64,000 nucleotides of DNA. Origin: Aliarcobacter sp. Its GTDB lineage: Bacteria; Verrucomicrobiota; Verrucomicrobiia; Methylacidiphilales; Verrucolacustridaceae. The DNA is taken from contig JBGSBI010000003.1 in the NCBI GenBank assembly GCA_041730685.1, positions 4,413 through 68,412 of the forward strand, read 5' to 3'. A program made the position numbers and the translations under genes. Below the pieces are notes generated by a model. That model made no database searches. It was not told where the DNA came from and worked only from the letters and a program-made list of their open reading frames with translations. The number at the start of each line of letters is the position of its first letter. The stretch's first letter is position 1. Positions 10,105-18,849 of this stretch are shown here, in pieces.

Positions 10105-10182
10105 TCAAAAATCGGCTTCACCCCACTCTTCTGAATCCACAAACCAAATAAAGATCTGCGTATCAATCAAGTAACGAGTCAC
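10105..10182 (-). pseudogene. Truncated VapC/PIN toxin (25 codons)
   Basis: GTG start just after the antitoxin: MTRYLIDTQIFIWFVDSEEWGEADF*; LIDT+IFIW is a PIN N-terminus. Confidence 0.7.
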
Positions 10183-10186
10183 GTGG

Positions 10187-10411
10187 CTATTGATAATCCT
10201 TAAAATCTTCTATTGGCTCATTGAAATCTGGCGCCATGTACAGAAGACATCCTTTCGACGCCCCAAACTTTCTCGATCCGTTGCTCTCCACCGGTCTCAA
10301 CTCCTCTACTGGCTTTCCTCTTCTCGTCAGAATAATTTTCCCTTCTTCCTGAACTTGATCCACCAAGGTCGCCAGATGCGTCTTCGCCTTAAATAGCCCA
10401 TTTATCTTCAT
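10187..10411 (-). CDS. Phd/YefM family antitoxin
   Basis: AKTHLATLVDQV..IILTRRGKPV..APDFNEP. Confidence 0.85.
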   Translation of the reverse strand: MKINGLFKAKTHLATLVDQVQEEGKIILTRRGKPVEELRPVESNGSRKFGASKGCLLYMAPDFNEPIEDFKDYQ

Positions 10412-10421
10412 GCCAACAAAT

Positions 10422-10436
10422 TAGTTCATCTAACTA
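10422..10436. promoter_or_regulatory. Probable TA autoregulatory operator
   Basis: TAGTT-N5-AACTA inverted repeat just upstream of the antitoxin start. Confidence 0.4.
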
Positions 10437-10454
10437 GCTTATGAAATACCCACT

Positions 10455-11123
10455 TTAAGCTATCTTCACAATCCGCCCGCTCTGGCTCCCCGTTTCCGCT
10501 GCAACCAACTCCATAATAGGAGCTACCACCTCCTCCGCCTTCTTGCCTCCCTTGTGCATCTCGGTATCTAGAAAGGGCGGTTCCACCGCGTTGATGATCA
10601 CATCCACCCCCTTCAATTCGTAGCCCACCGCCTTTGTCAGCGAATCAAGAGCACACTTCGAAGCACAGTAGGCCGACGCTTTCGGCAAATGCTTGATCGG
10701 GGCACTGATGTTCATAATTCTCCCAAACCCACGCTGAATCATCCCTGGCAGAATCGCCCGAATCATCAAATACGGTCCCCGCACATTCGTGGCCATAATC
10801 TTGTCCCACTCCTCAACCGGAAGATCCTGCACCGCTTTCAATCCAGTAATGATCCCAGCGTTGTTGATTAAGATTTCAATCGGTCCAACCTTCTCCGCCT
10901 CTTTCACACCTTTCTCGACCGATTTTACATCCGTCACATCCATCTCCACCGCCGTTCCCAATCCTCCAGCCTTCGTCACCTCTTCAGCTGTTTGCTGAAT
11001 CTTATCCTTCCTCCTACCCGCGCAGATCACCTTCGCGCCACCACCCCCAAGCCCAATCGCCAAGGCTTTCCCCAGTCCAGATCCCGCACCAGTGATTAAA
11101 ATGACTTTATCTTTTATTTCCAT
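10455..11123 (-). CDS. SDR family oxidoreductase
   Basis: TGAGSGLG, NNAG, YCASK. Confidence 0.9.
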   Translation of the reverse strand: MEIKDKVILITGAGSGLGKALAIGLGGGGAKVICAGRRKDKIQQTAEEVTKAGGLGTAVEMDVTDVKSVEKGVKEAEKVGPIEILINNAGIITGLKAVQDLPVEEWDKIMATNVRGPYLMIRAILPGMIQRGFGRIMNISAPIKHLPKASAYCASKCALDSLTKAVGYELKGVDVIINAVEPPFLDTEMHKGGKKAEEVVAPIMELVAAETGSQSGRIVKIA

Positions 11124-11127
11124 ATTT

Positions 11128-11475
11128 TTATCCCCCAATCAGTGCGGTGGCCTTTGCCGTCGCCTCGTCCAATACTTCACCGGGCACCTTAGCGATGAAA
11201 GCAGCTTTGCGATCTCTCCAGTCTAAGCAGCGAAGCTGATCGCTCAGCACAAATCCTTGTATTTTGAGGCCTGCCGGAAGACTACATTCAAATGGATAGC
11301 CCTTCCCCTGACTGGTGATTGGACAGATCAATGCCAAACCCGTCTTTCGATTATAGGAACCTGGGCTCAGCACCAGACCGGGCCGATGCCCCGACTGTTC
11401 CCGCCCTGCCTGTGGATTGAAATTTAGCCAGACTGCATCTCCTCGCTCGGGGACGTAGCGACCCGCCCTCACCAA
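11128..11475 (-). CDS. mazF: MazF/PemK endoribonuclease toxin
   Basis: YVPERGDAVWLNFNPQAGREQSGHRPGLVLS, CPITSQGKGYPFE. Confidence 0.93.
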   Translation of the reverse strand: MVRAGRYVPERGDAVWLNFNPQAGREQSGHRPGLVLSPGSYNRKTGLALICPITSQGKGYPFECSLPAGLKIQGFVLSDQLRCLDWRDRKAAFIAKVPGEVLDEATAKATALIGG

Positions 11476-11708
11476 ACCTCATTCCCTAGAGAATTGCCCC
11501 AGTCGGTCTCCTGATGGAGCTGGTTTGTTTTGATATTCCGAATGAGATCCGTAGCCCGATAAAGAGGTTTAGCTGCCTGAATGGTTAGCTTATTTTCCGA
11601 CAGGGAAAGCCGCAACGGATCCCCTTGCCGCAACTTGATCTGGCGAGCGAACCCTGCCGGGATGCGCAAAGCCAAACTGTTGCCCCACTTTTGTAGCGCC
11701 ACCTGCAT
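11469..11708 (-). CDS. mazE: AbrB/MazE antitoxin
   Basis: KWGNSLALRIP; C-terminal ETDWG...GNEVW; overlaps mazF. Confidence 0.92.
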   Translation of the reverse strand: MQVALQKWGNSLALRIPAGFARQIKLRQGDPLRLSLSENKLTIQAAKPLYRATDLIRNIKTNQLHQETDWGNSLGNEVW

Positions 11709-11759
11709 GTATCTACTTTGAATCTACTTAACAATCTGTCAACTGCCATACGCAGCATT

Positions 11760-12908
11760 TTACCGGGTCGGGCTGTTTTCTGCTTTTCGCATTTCGCTGT
11801 CCGCTTTTTCCGCCCCGCCCTCGATATAGGGAGCGACCCCATTGGTTTCCGTCACTACCGCTGGCGGCGGAGGGGCAGGCACAGGTCTCGAATACGGCCA
11901 CAAAATAAACTCACTCCGATCGAACCATGGCCCCGTCGGCATAAGAAAGGTAGACCCCGCCCACTCCATCCCAGGCTTCGAGTGAACGGGAAAAAATCCC
12001 GTCGCTCCCAGCAACGCCGCCTGCTGCGATGGCGCCAATAGAAATTCACAAAACCGGTAGGCCATCTCTTTTCTAGAAGAACCTTCAGGTACAGCCATCA
12101 CCTCGAAATCCACCAAGGTCCCTGTGGGTAGCGCCGACCACCGAATCAACCCGCCCCCCGCCTGCGGATCTAAAATCAATCTCCACGAAGGCAAGTAAGA
12201 GAAGTTAACTCGCCCATCCTTCAATCCGTTCCAGCAATCCTCTTCCGTCGCCAATTTTCCAACCAACGAAGCTTCAACCTGCTGTTTGGCGATCGTCCGA
12301 GCACTCTCCCCTCCAAGATTGACCGACCGGTTCTGACTTTTAATCCAAATTGCCGCCATCAGATCCGTGTCCGCAGGGAAAATGGCCCCAGGCTCACTCG
12401 CCCAGCGGAGCACGGGAGCCATGGCCACTTTAGGATTTGTTCCCGCCGCCACTCTTTTCATAAAAAACCATGGGCTTATTCTCCACGGCCGACTCTGCAA
12501 TCCCCTCGGATCAAAGGCCTGACCGCGATAGACAGGGTTCACCCCATCCAGGGGAACTTTTCCTGTCAAATCTGCCCAAGACACCAACTTTCCTAACTCA
12601 GAAAAGGATCGGGCTTTGAGCAGATAAACATCTCCGTCGCTCGGCCAAGTTCCGTCCGCGTTCCGAGCCAAGGTTCGCAGATCTACTTTCAGAGAACCAA
12701 CCCCACTCGAAAAAGTATCCAGCCACAGTTGCGGGATCGCAGGCCCCTCCTGATAGACCACCAGTTTGGAGGGGGGCTGAAAAATGGAGCTTGGCGCAGA
12801 CGGCATGGGAAGCCTGTCTGATTCTAACCCCGCAGGCTTCAGCCACTGACCCAGCCCAAATCCCAATCCAACTGCAACTAGAAGCCCCAGCCCAATCAGC
12901 CCAGGCAT
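11760..12908 (-). CDS. Membrane-anchored protein resembling divergent PotD/PotF-type solute-binding proteins
   Basis: N-terminal TM; DFEVMAVPEGSSRKEMAYRFCEFLLAP resembles an SBP C-terminal motif; start uncertain. Confidence 0.5.
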   Translation of the reverse strand: MPGLIGLGLLVAVGLGFGLGQWLKPAGLESDRLPMPSAPSSIFQPPSKLVVYQEGPAIPQLWLDTFSSGVGSLKVDLRTLARNADGTWPSDGDVYLLKARSFSELGKLVSWADLTGKVPLDGVNPVYRGQAFDPRGLQSRPWRISPWFFMKRVAAGTNPKVAMAPVLRWASEPGAIFPADTDLMAAIWIKSQNRSVNLGGESARTIAKQQVEASLVGKLATEEDCWNGLKDGRVNFSYLPSWRLILDPQAGGGLIRWSALPTGTLVDFEVMAVPEGSSRKEMAYRFCEFLLAPSQQAALLGATGFFPVHSKPGMEWAGSTFLMPTGPWFDRSEFILWPYSRPVPAPPPPAVVTETNGVAPYIEGGAEKADSEMRKAENSPTR

Positions 12909-13020
12909 CCGAGACTCAGACTTATTTTCCGTTGGTTCCACGGCGACTACCTTCTCTGAAAAGTTGTCTGCGGGAAAGCCACAAGGTTGTCTCACCCGAC
13001 ACTTCTGCCCATAATCCCTC

Positions 13021-13617
13021 ATGGAAAAATCAGCTCAAAAGATCGAGCTCTGGATGGAACAACTGAGGCGGATGCGCGAGATGCAGTACGCCTACCACAA
13101 AAAGTTCTTCCACGGCCTCTACCTCTTTCTCGTGCTGGTGATTGGTTGCCTTCTCTGGGATAGCCCCGTCTCTTTGGCTCTCGTTCCACTCCTCGTCATC
13201 ACCGCAGGAACCCAGTCCTGCTTCTACCTTCATTTCGTAGATTTCGCCCGCATCCACGCCCGCTTTGTCGAAGGTCGCCTGAATAAATTTCTGGGCAAAT
13301 CAACCTTGGTAGGATCCGAAATCGAAGACCTCTACTTCTACCCCGTCGACGCTCCCAAAGTCGGTGGCTTCGTACCCTCCGCCCCGCTCCGCTTCTTCAG
13401 CTTCTTCACCCTACACTGGACTCTTCTCTGGATCGGCCTAGCTGCCTTTGCCTTTTGGCGCCTTCTCCCCATGATGGGGGCGTGTGGCACACAGTACCTC
13501 ATTCTACTCGGGCTTTGGGGTGGCCTCAATTTGGCCTATCTGGCCTGGTTTTTTGGATATCGACAGTCTCATCGTTTGATGGGGAGCGCTTTACACACAA
13601 ACGGCCGGAAAGGTTGA
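13021..13617 (+). CDS. Hypothetical membrane protein (~4 TM)
   Basis: 198-aa ORF with several hydrophobic segments. Confidence 0.65.
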   Translation: MEKSAQKIELWMEQLRRMREMQYAYHKKFFHGLYLFLVLVIGCLLWDSPVSLALVPLLVITAGTQSCFYLHFVDFARIHARFVEGRLNKFLGKSTLVGSEIEDLYFYPVDAPKVGGFVPSAPLRFFSFFTLHWTLLWIGLAAFAFWRLLPMMGACGTQYLILLGLWGGLNLAYLAWFFGYRQSHRLMGSALHTNGRKG

Positions 13618-13653
13618 GTTCGCCTTGCGGATCGTGCGGTTTAAAATTTACCG

Positions 13654-13842
13654 ATGGCCAGTAACGCCAAACTGTTTCAATCCTTTGCTATCCATGATCG
13701 TGCAAACCAGCGCTTTTATCGCTCGTTGACTTCAGCAGAGAGCTTGAAGATTTGGCTAGAGCTTTGCCGCTTCGACAAAAATGATGCCCCTGGGAAAAGA
13801 CTCAAAAGAGTTTTCCGAATTGTTCCCCTGAAGAAGCTTTGA
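13654..13842 (+). CDS. Small hypothetical protein
   Basis: 62 aa; TAAAAT 6 nt before ATG; SLTSAESLKIWLEL motif. Confidence 0.45.
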   Translation: MASNAKLFQSFAIHDRANQRFYRSLTSAESLKIWLELCRFDKNDAPGKRLKRVFRIVPLKKL

Positions 13843-13922
13843 TTTTTAAAGGCAATCATTCGTCGATCTCTGGCTTGGGTTTACTAATGATACCCTCTTC
13901 ATCCGATTTTCACTTGCCTAGG

Positions 13923-13950
13923 TTAGTATTTTTGCAAATATACTAATCTT
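13923..13950. promoter_or_regulatory. 24-bp palindrome, operator copy 1
   Basis: TTAGTATTTTTGCAAATATACTAA followed by TCTT, abutting the ArsR ATG. Confidence 0.7.
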
Positions 13951-14274
13951 ATGAGAAAGCCTGAAGCCTCATTAGAACGAATCTTTAAGGGGTTGGCTAA
14001 TGGCCGACGCCTGCAAATTCTCCGTCTGCTTAAGGTTCGCGGCTCCGTCTCTCTTGAGCAGGTCGCTAGGCACTGTGGGGTTGAAGCCCCCACCGCTTGC
14101 GAACATGCTCGCAAACTTCGGATGGCCGGGTTGGTCTATCGAAAACGCCTGCGCCACTCCATCGGTCTTGAATTGACGGAGCGTGGTCAACTCGCCCTTG
14201 CCCTAGCTCCTCGCCTCGAACTCTCCACCGCCCGTCCTTGGAAAAAGAATCAATCGACCGCCAAACAAGATTAG
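13951..14274 (+). CDS. ArsR/SmtB family wHTH regulator
   Basis: IFKGLANGRRLQILRLL...TACEHARKLRMAGLV. Confidence 0.85.
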   Translation: MRKPEASLERIFKGLANGRRLQILRLLKVRGSVSLEQVARHCGVEAPTACEHARKLRMAGLVYRKRLRHSIGLELTERGQLALALAPRLELSTARPWKKNQSTAKQD

Positions 14275-14298
14275 TATATTTGCAAATATGCTAATCTT
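14271..14298. promoter_or_regulatory. 24-bp palindrome, operator copy 2
   Basis: TTAGTATATTTGCAAATATGCTAA followed by TCTT, overlapping the ArsR stop. Confidence 0.7.
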
Positions 14299-14318
14299 TT
14301 AATCTAGTATTTTGACTT

Positions 14319-15137
14319 ATGCCAAATCCAGAGATCTCGATCGTTACGCCAGTCTTTAACTCAGTTCGTTGGATCGAGCTCTGTCTTCAATCGGTTCGTC
14401 ACGCCCTCCAAGGACAAAGTTACGAACATATCGTGGTGGATGGGGGTAGTACGGATGGAACTCTGGAATACCTGAAGCAGCAGAAAGATATCCGCCTCAT
14501 TCCTGGGCCAGACAAGGGAATGTACGATGCCCTAAACAAGGGCATGGCTGCCGCACGTGGTCGCATCCTCGGACACTTAAATGCCGACGAGCAGTACGAC
14601 CGGGCGGGCCTAGCCCACGCCATTAAAAAACTTGATCAAACTGGGGCCGACGCTGTTTTCGGCCCCACCATCATGCTGGATGGCCAGCTCAACTTTCTTT
14701 ACCTGTTCAACCAGATCACGGTTCCTCGTCCGATTGATGCCGATTGGCATATGCCCGTCCAAACCTGCTCGTTTCTGTTTCGCCGTCAGATTTGGGAACG
14801 TTGCCCCTACCCTGCCGAATATCGCGTCGTCGGGGACCACGTCTGGTTCCGCCGTCAAATCAAGCTCGGCCTGAACCTTAGCTCCATCCGCAAGCCAATC
14901 GGCCTCTTTACTTGGCACGGGGATGACATCGCAAAAAGAATCGGCCCCCACAATGAAAACGCTCTGGCCGACGTAAATCGCAAAACGGCTCAGATGCGCA
15001 TTGCGAAACTTTTTTTCCGGTTGCGAAAACTGGTCTGGGGGGGGTGCCTGCCACCCTTAAGCCTTTCTTACGAGATCATGACCGACCAAAAGACAAGGGC
15101 AAGCTGCTCCATTGTCCTCCCTCGCCTAGGACTTTAG
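14319..15137 (+). CDS. Glycosyltransferase family 2
   Basis: ISIVTPVFN, VVDGGSTDGT, GMYDALNKG, LNAD. Confidence 0.9.
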   Translation: MPNPEISIVTPVFNSVRWIELCLQSVRHALQGQSYEHIVVDGGSTDGTLEYLKQQKDIRLIPGPDKGMYDALNKGMAAARGRILGHLNADEQYDRAGLAHAIKKLDQTGADAVFGPTIMLDGQLNFLYLFNQITVPRPIDADWHMPVQTCSFLFRRQIWERCPYPAEYRVVGDHVWFRRQIKLGLNLSSIRKPIGLFTWHGDDIAKRIGPHNENALADVNRKTAQMRIAKLFFRLRKLVWGGCLPPLSLSYEIMTDQKTRASCSIVLPRLGL

Positions 15138-16090
15138 TTCTCGAGAAACTTTTTTCGAAATATTTCCATCACAACCTTCGGGTCGGCAAATATCTCGTAC
15201 TCGGTCCCTAGAGTCGTATGAGGCCGAAACTCCTTTATAATCTTTAGCAATTCACCAGCACTACCATACAACAATGCTTGCCTACCGAGCATCTCCAGAT
15301 GAGCTCGCTCCCGGGACTCTGAAAATGTAATCACTGGCTTTCCCAACACCGCGAATTCTCCCACCGCTAGGCCAAAGGTTTCTCCGTGCCAGCGGGCATG
15401 AAGCATGGCATCGCAGGTGGCGAGGAATTTAGCCTTTTCTACTGGATCTACCGTGGCCGGAAGATAGTGGATATTCGCCAGATGTCCTGCCTCGTGAATG
15501 GATTCCGTATTGAGGAACACAAAGTGATCCTCCGGATTTTGCCGGGCATGTCGAACTACTGCTTCTCGAACAAAGGGAATGTTAAAAGTATCCCAGCCTC
15601 CATGACGCCCAAAGACTCTCGCATTCGTCGAAATACCTAACTTTCCCCTTAGCCCTACCTTGCTTTCCAACTGCGGAACAAAATGCGGGACGAAAGATTC
15701 CTCCCTCCCCGTCATGACCTTCGAGCACCACCGGGACACATATGCAAAAGCATCTCCGTGAAATTCATCGCTCAAAAACATCGAATGGATGCAGTTCTTC
15801 ACACCCCTTATGACAAATCCATCGTAAGGTCCTGGTTTAATCTGATAGAGGATATCCACCCTCCTCTCTTTAAGCTTGGTGCTTAATTCAGCCTTTGTCC
15901 GATAGGGAACCAGAGAAAATCTGGCTTTCCATTTCGCAAAGGTGGGATTTTCAGCCTTTTCGAGTTCTGCTGGGTGGCAAATTAAAGAATGGTTGCCGAG
16001 AATCGTTTCGTTGAAATTAGCATAATCCCAAAGGGCATTTTCCGACCCCCGCAAGGACATCGTGTTGGAATGAAAAGCCACGATTCTCAT
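15134..16090 (-). CDS. Putative GT-B glycosyltransferase
   Basis: CDAMLHARWHGETFGLAVGEF...KPVIT; start set at MRIVAFH. Confidence 0.7.
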   Translation of the reverse strand: MRIVAFHSNTMSLRGSENALWDYANFNETILGNHSLICHPAELEKAENPTFAKWKARFSLVPYRTKAELSTKLKERRVDILYQIKPGPYDGFVIRGVKNCIHSMFLSDEFHGDAFAYVSRWCSKVMTGREESFVPHFVPQLESKVGLRGKLGISTNARVFGRHGGWDTFNIPFVREAVVRHARQNPEDHFVFLNTESIHEAGHLANIHYLPATVDPVEKAKFLATCDAMLHARWHGETFGLAVGEFAVLGKPVITFSESRERAHLEMLGRQALLYGSAGELLKIIKEFRPHTTLGTEYEIFADPKVVMEIFRKKFLEN

Positions 16091-16665
16091 CGCCGGTCCC
16101 TGTAAAACTCCACTCTTTCGTACACCATTTCGAGCCGATATCTCGCCCGCCGAAGGCGATGCATCCAGACAGGCCGCCGGGTGGGATTCCATATCCCCAC
16201 AAAACTAGGTCGAATCCCTCCGTTCCGGATTTCCCGGCAAAGCGCAGCGCTCTCGCGTGAGCCTCGGCTAGTGATTCCCGTTGGATTGGGTTTCCTTTCT
16301 TTTTCTGTCCAAGTCGTCAAACGACCTTCATGGATTTCAGTCCCTGGACGGTTTTTGCGCAAAGCCGCCAGCGGATGGGGCCGATGCTCCCAAGCCTCTA
16401 CCTTCCATCTATCCTTACTCTCTAGCCAAACCCCCATACTTCCCACAAGACCATCCCCCGTCACCAACTCATAAAAAAAACCTGGTCGACAGTGGGGAAG
16501 AACTCTTCGTGTAAAGATCCTTAAGAACCCCCCCTTGGTAAAACCTTGATCTTCCAACCCCCACCTCCGCTCGTACCCCGCTAGCTTTTTGCGGTACCAA
16601 CCGCGAGATACTGCAGGGTATTGACGGTACAACCATCCGCGCAGAAAACGAAGGGCACGTTTCAT
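16087..16665 (-). CDS. Hypothetical protein, degenerate FkbM-like
   Basis: GFFYELVTGDG..GS loosely resembles an FkbM SAM motif; coupled to the downstream gene. Confidence 0.45.
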   Translation of the reverse strand: MKRALRFLRGWLYRQYPAVSRGWYRKKLAGYERRWGLEDQGFTKGGFLRIFTRRVLPHCRPGFFYELVTGDGLVGSMGVWLESKDRWKVEAWEHRPHPLAALRKNRPGTEIHEGRLTTWTEKERKPNPTGITSRGSRESAALCREIRNGGIRPSFVGIWNPTRRPVWMHRLRRARYRLEMVYERVEFYRDRR

Positions 16666-16744
16666 TGCCCATTTTTAGCATAGATATCCTAAAAATCGTA
16701 TCTTACTCTCGCTCCTCTCTTATGACTCTATAAGATTCGTTCCG

Positions 16745-17911
16745 ATGGCTCCAGCCCTCCTCCCAACTCCATTTCGCCTCTTGGCTTTGGCCCAACATTG
16801 GGAAAAATTGGGTTTTTTCCTACCACGCCCTCTTTTGGACTGGGCTGAAATTCACGCCGTTGCGCATTTCGTCTCTGAGTCCGAAACCAAAAGATGCCTG
16901 GATTTCTGGGGCTCTCGGAAAATCGCCCTAGTCAAACAAACCGCCTACCAAGGGGCTTACCTTCCGGGAGCGGGAAGAAGCTGGGTCCAAACGATCCTGA
17001 CAGCCCCAGCCCACCTTGGTCCCATGTCCTTTTTGGCTGATCTCAATGCCGACTATTTTGTGGTTCGCCAAACGCCCGATCCGGAAACCTATCTTTGGAA
17101 GGAAAAGTTTGCTGGAGATCCTAACCCCGAGATTGCATTTCGTCGGATCCAAACATGGCAAGAGAAACAGGATGTTATGGGCGTGGTAGATTGCGATCAG
17201 ATTCGGTGGGATGATTACGATCTTGTGATCGGCTTGGATATTCCTATCCCGACTCGCATTGTTTCCAAATCAAAAAAGACGATCTGGGCCTACTACTCCG
17301 TTGAAGCGGGCGGCACCCTCCACAAGAGCTCCCTGCAGAAGCCCGTAGGCGGATACCACCTTTACCTGAATCACTGTTTCCGCCGTTTTCGCGCCCGGCC
17401 TAGCAATAAAAGCCATGTCCTTGAATTCCCCTTCACCTTCCAATCGGCAGCTTCATGGAAATTTTTAGCCAAGGAGACGGCAGGCGTAGATACCAACCGC
17501 AGGGGCGCTGTCGTCGACCGAGCCAGTTGGCAATCCCATCCCGGCGAAAAACCCAGCCTCCTAACCGCCGTATCCGGGGATGCAGTCGCCTACACTCGGC
17601 TGATGTCCTCCAGCGAGTTCGCCATCCGGACGGACCTGAAGACCCGCTGGGGAAACTGGGCACTTGAATCCATACAGGCCGGCTGCCTTTTCTTGGGCCG
17701 AGCGGACTCACTCGCCATGCCTGGGATTCTTCTTCCAGATCTGGTTGTCGCAGATATTGCATCAGCCCATAAAAAAATTGAGGCCCTCCTCAAAAATCCT
17801 CTCCTTATGCAATCTCTGGCGCAGACTCAGGCAGCTTTGGCGGAACATCTGGCTTTTCGCAGGCCCTTGATGGATCTTACCGCTCGGGCAAAGCAGTTCT
17901 TCCAATCATGA
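16745..17911 (+). CDS. Hypothetical protein (possible glycosyltransferase)
   Basis: 388-aa ORF coupled to GT10; GNWALESIQAGC resembles a GT-B C-domain. Confidence 0.55.
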   Translation: MAPALLPTPFRLLALAQHWEKLGFFLPRPLLDWAEIHAVAHFVSESETKRCLDFWGSRKIALVKQTAYQGAYLPGAGRSWVQTILTAPAHLGPMSFLADLNADYFVVRQTPDPETYLWKEKFAGDPNPEIAFRRIQTWQEKQDVMGVVDCDQIRWDDYDLVIGLDIPIPTRIVSKSKKTIWAYYSVEAGGTLHKSSLQKPVGGYHLYLNHCFRRFRARPSNKSHVLEFPFTFQSAASWKFLAKETAGVDTNRRGAVVDRASWQSHPGEKPSLLTAVSGDAVAYTRLMSSSEFAIRTDLKTRWGNWALESIQAGCLFLGRADSLAMPGILLPDLVVADIASAHKKIEALLKNPLLMQSLAQTQAALAEHLAFRRPLMDLTARAKQFFQS

Positions 17912-18834
17912 AAAGCAAGCTCTCACTTAACTTCATCGATTTCCCTGCCCAAAGCCGAGCCTTCTTCCTCGATCTCCTTTCGCCACACTACGATTTCACT
18001 TTTGACGACACCCCAGATTTCCTTTTTTACTCTCACATCGGTCACCGCCATCGCCTCTACAACTGCACCAAAATTTTCCACACTCAGGAGAAATATTGGC
18101 CCAACTGGAAGGAGTGCGACTATGCGGCTATCTCCGTCCTGGTCGACGACCCCCGCTCCGCCTACCTGCCCATCTACGCCTTCGACGGGCGGCCGGAAAA
18201 GTTAGTTCGGACTTCCGTCCTCGATCCCGTGACTGTCCGGGCATCCAAACCCCACTTTTGCTCCCTGCTCTGCGCCTATGTTGACCGTACCGTACTTCGG
18301 CGAGAACAGTTTTTTCATACTCTTAACCGACTTCGAAAAGTCGATTCAGCCGGGCGAGCGTTGAACAATACCGGGTACCGACTACCACCTGGTAATCGCT
18401 ACCAAGTGAAGGTTGATTGGCTCGCCAGCTACCGCTTCAACCTCGCCTTCGAAAACACCCGCCGAGCTGGTTGGTGTACAGAAAAAATCGTCGACCCCCT
18501 CCATGTGAACACAATTCCCATTTACTGGGGCGATCCTCGGGTGAAGGAGTTCTTCAACCCAGAAAGTTTTATCTGCCGGGAGGATTTCTCCTCCGACCAT
18601 GAACTCGCTGAGTACGTTCTGCATGTGGATGACACTCCCGAGCTCTACGCCAAATACATTCAAGCCCCGCCGTTTCCTGAGAATTTGCCCAATTCAGCAT
18701 ACGACATGAACACGTTGCTTGCTTTTTTTGATCGTATTTTTCGATCCCCCTCAAGGCCTGTTGCACAACGCCGATGGTTTTTTGGGCTTACGAAGTGGCG
18801 CCTGGCGAAGAGAAATAAATTGCCTGGGGAGTAG
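17908..18834 (+). CDS. Glycosyltransferase family 10 (alpha-1,3/4-fucosyltransferase-like)
   Basis: YRFNLAFEN...WCTEKI...IPIYWG GT10 motif. Confidence 0.9.
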   Translation: MKSKLSLNFIDFPAQSRAFFLDLLSPHYDFTFDDTPDFLFYSHIGHRHRLYNCTKIFHTQEKYWPNWKECDYAAISVLVDDPRSAYLPIYAFDGRPEKLVRTSVLDPVTVRASKPHFCSLLCAYVDRTVLRREQFFHTLNRLRKVDSAGRALNNTGYRLPPGNRYQVKVDWLASYRFNLAFENTRRAGWCTEKIVDPLHVNTIPIYWGDPRVKEFFNPESFICREDFSSDHELAEYVLHVDDTPELYAKYIQAPPFPENLPNSAYDMNTLLAFFDRIFRSPSRPVAQRRWFFGLTKWRLAKRNKLPGE

Positions 18835-18849
18835 CTCGGCCTACAGATC

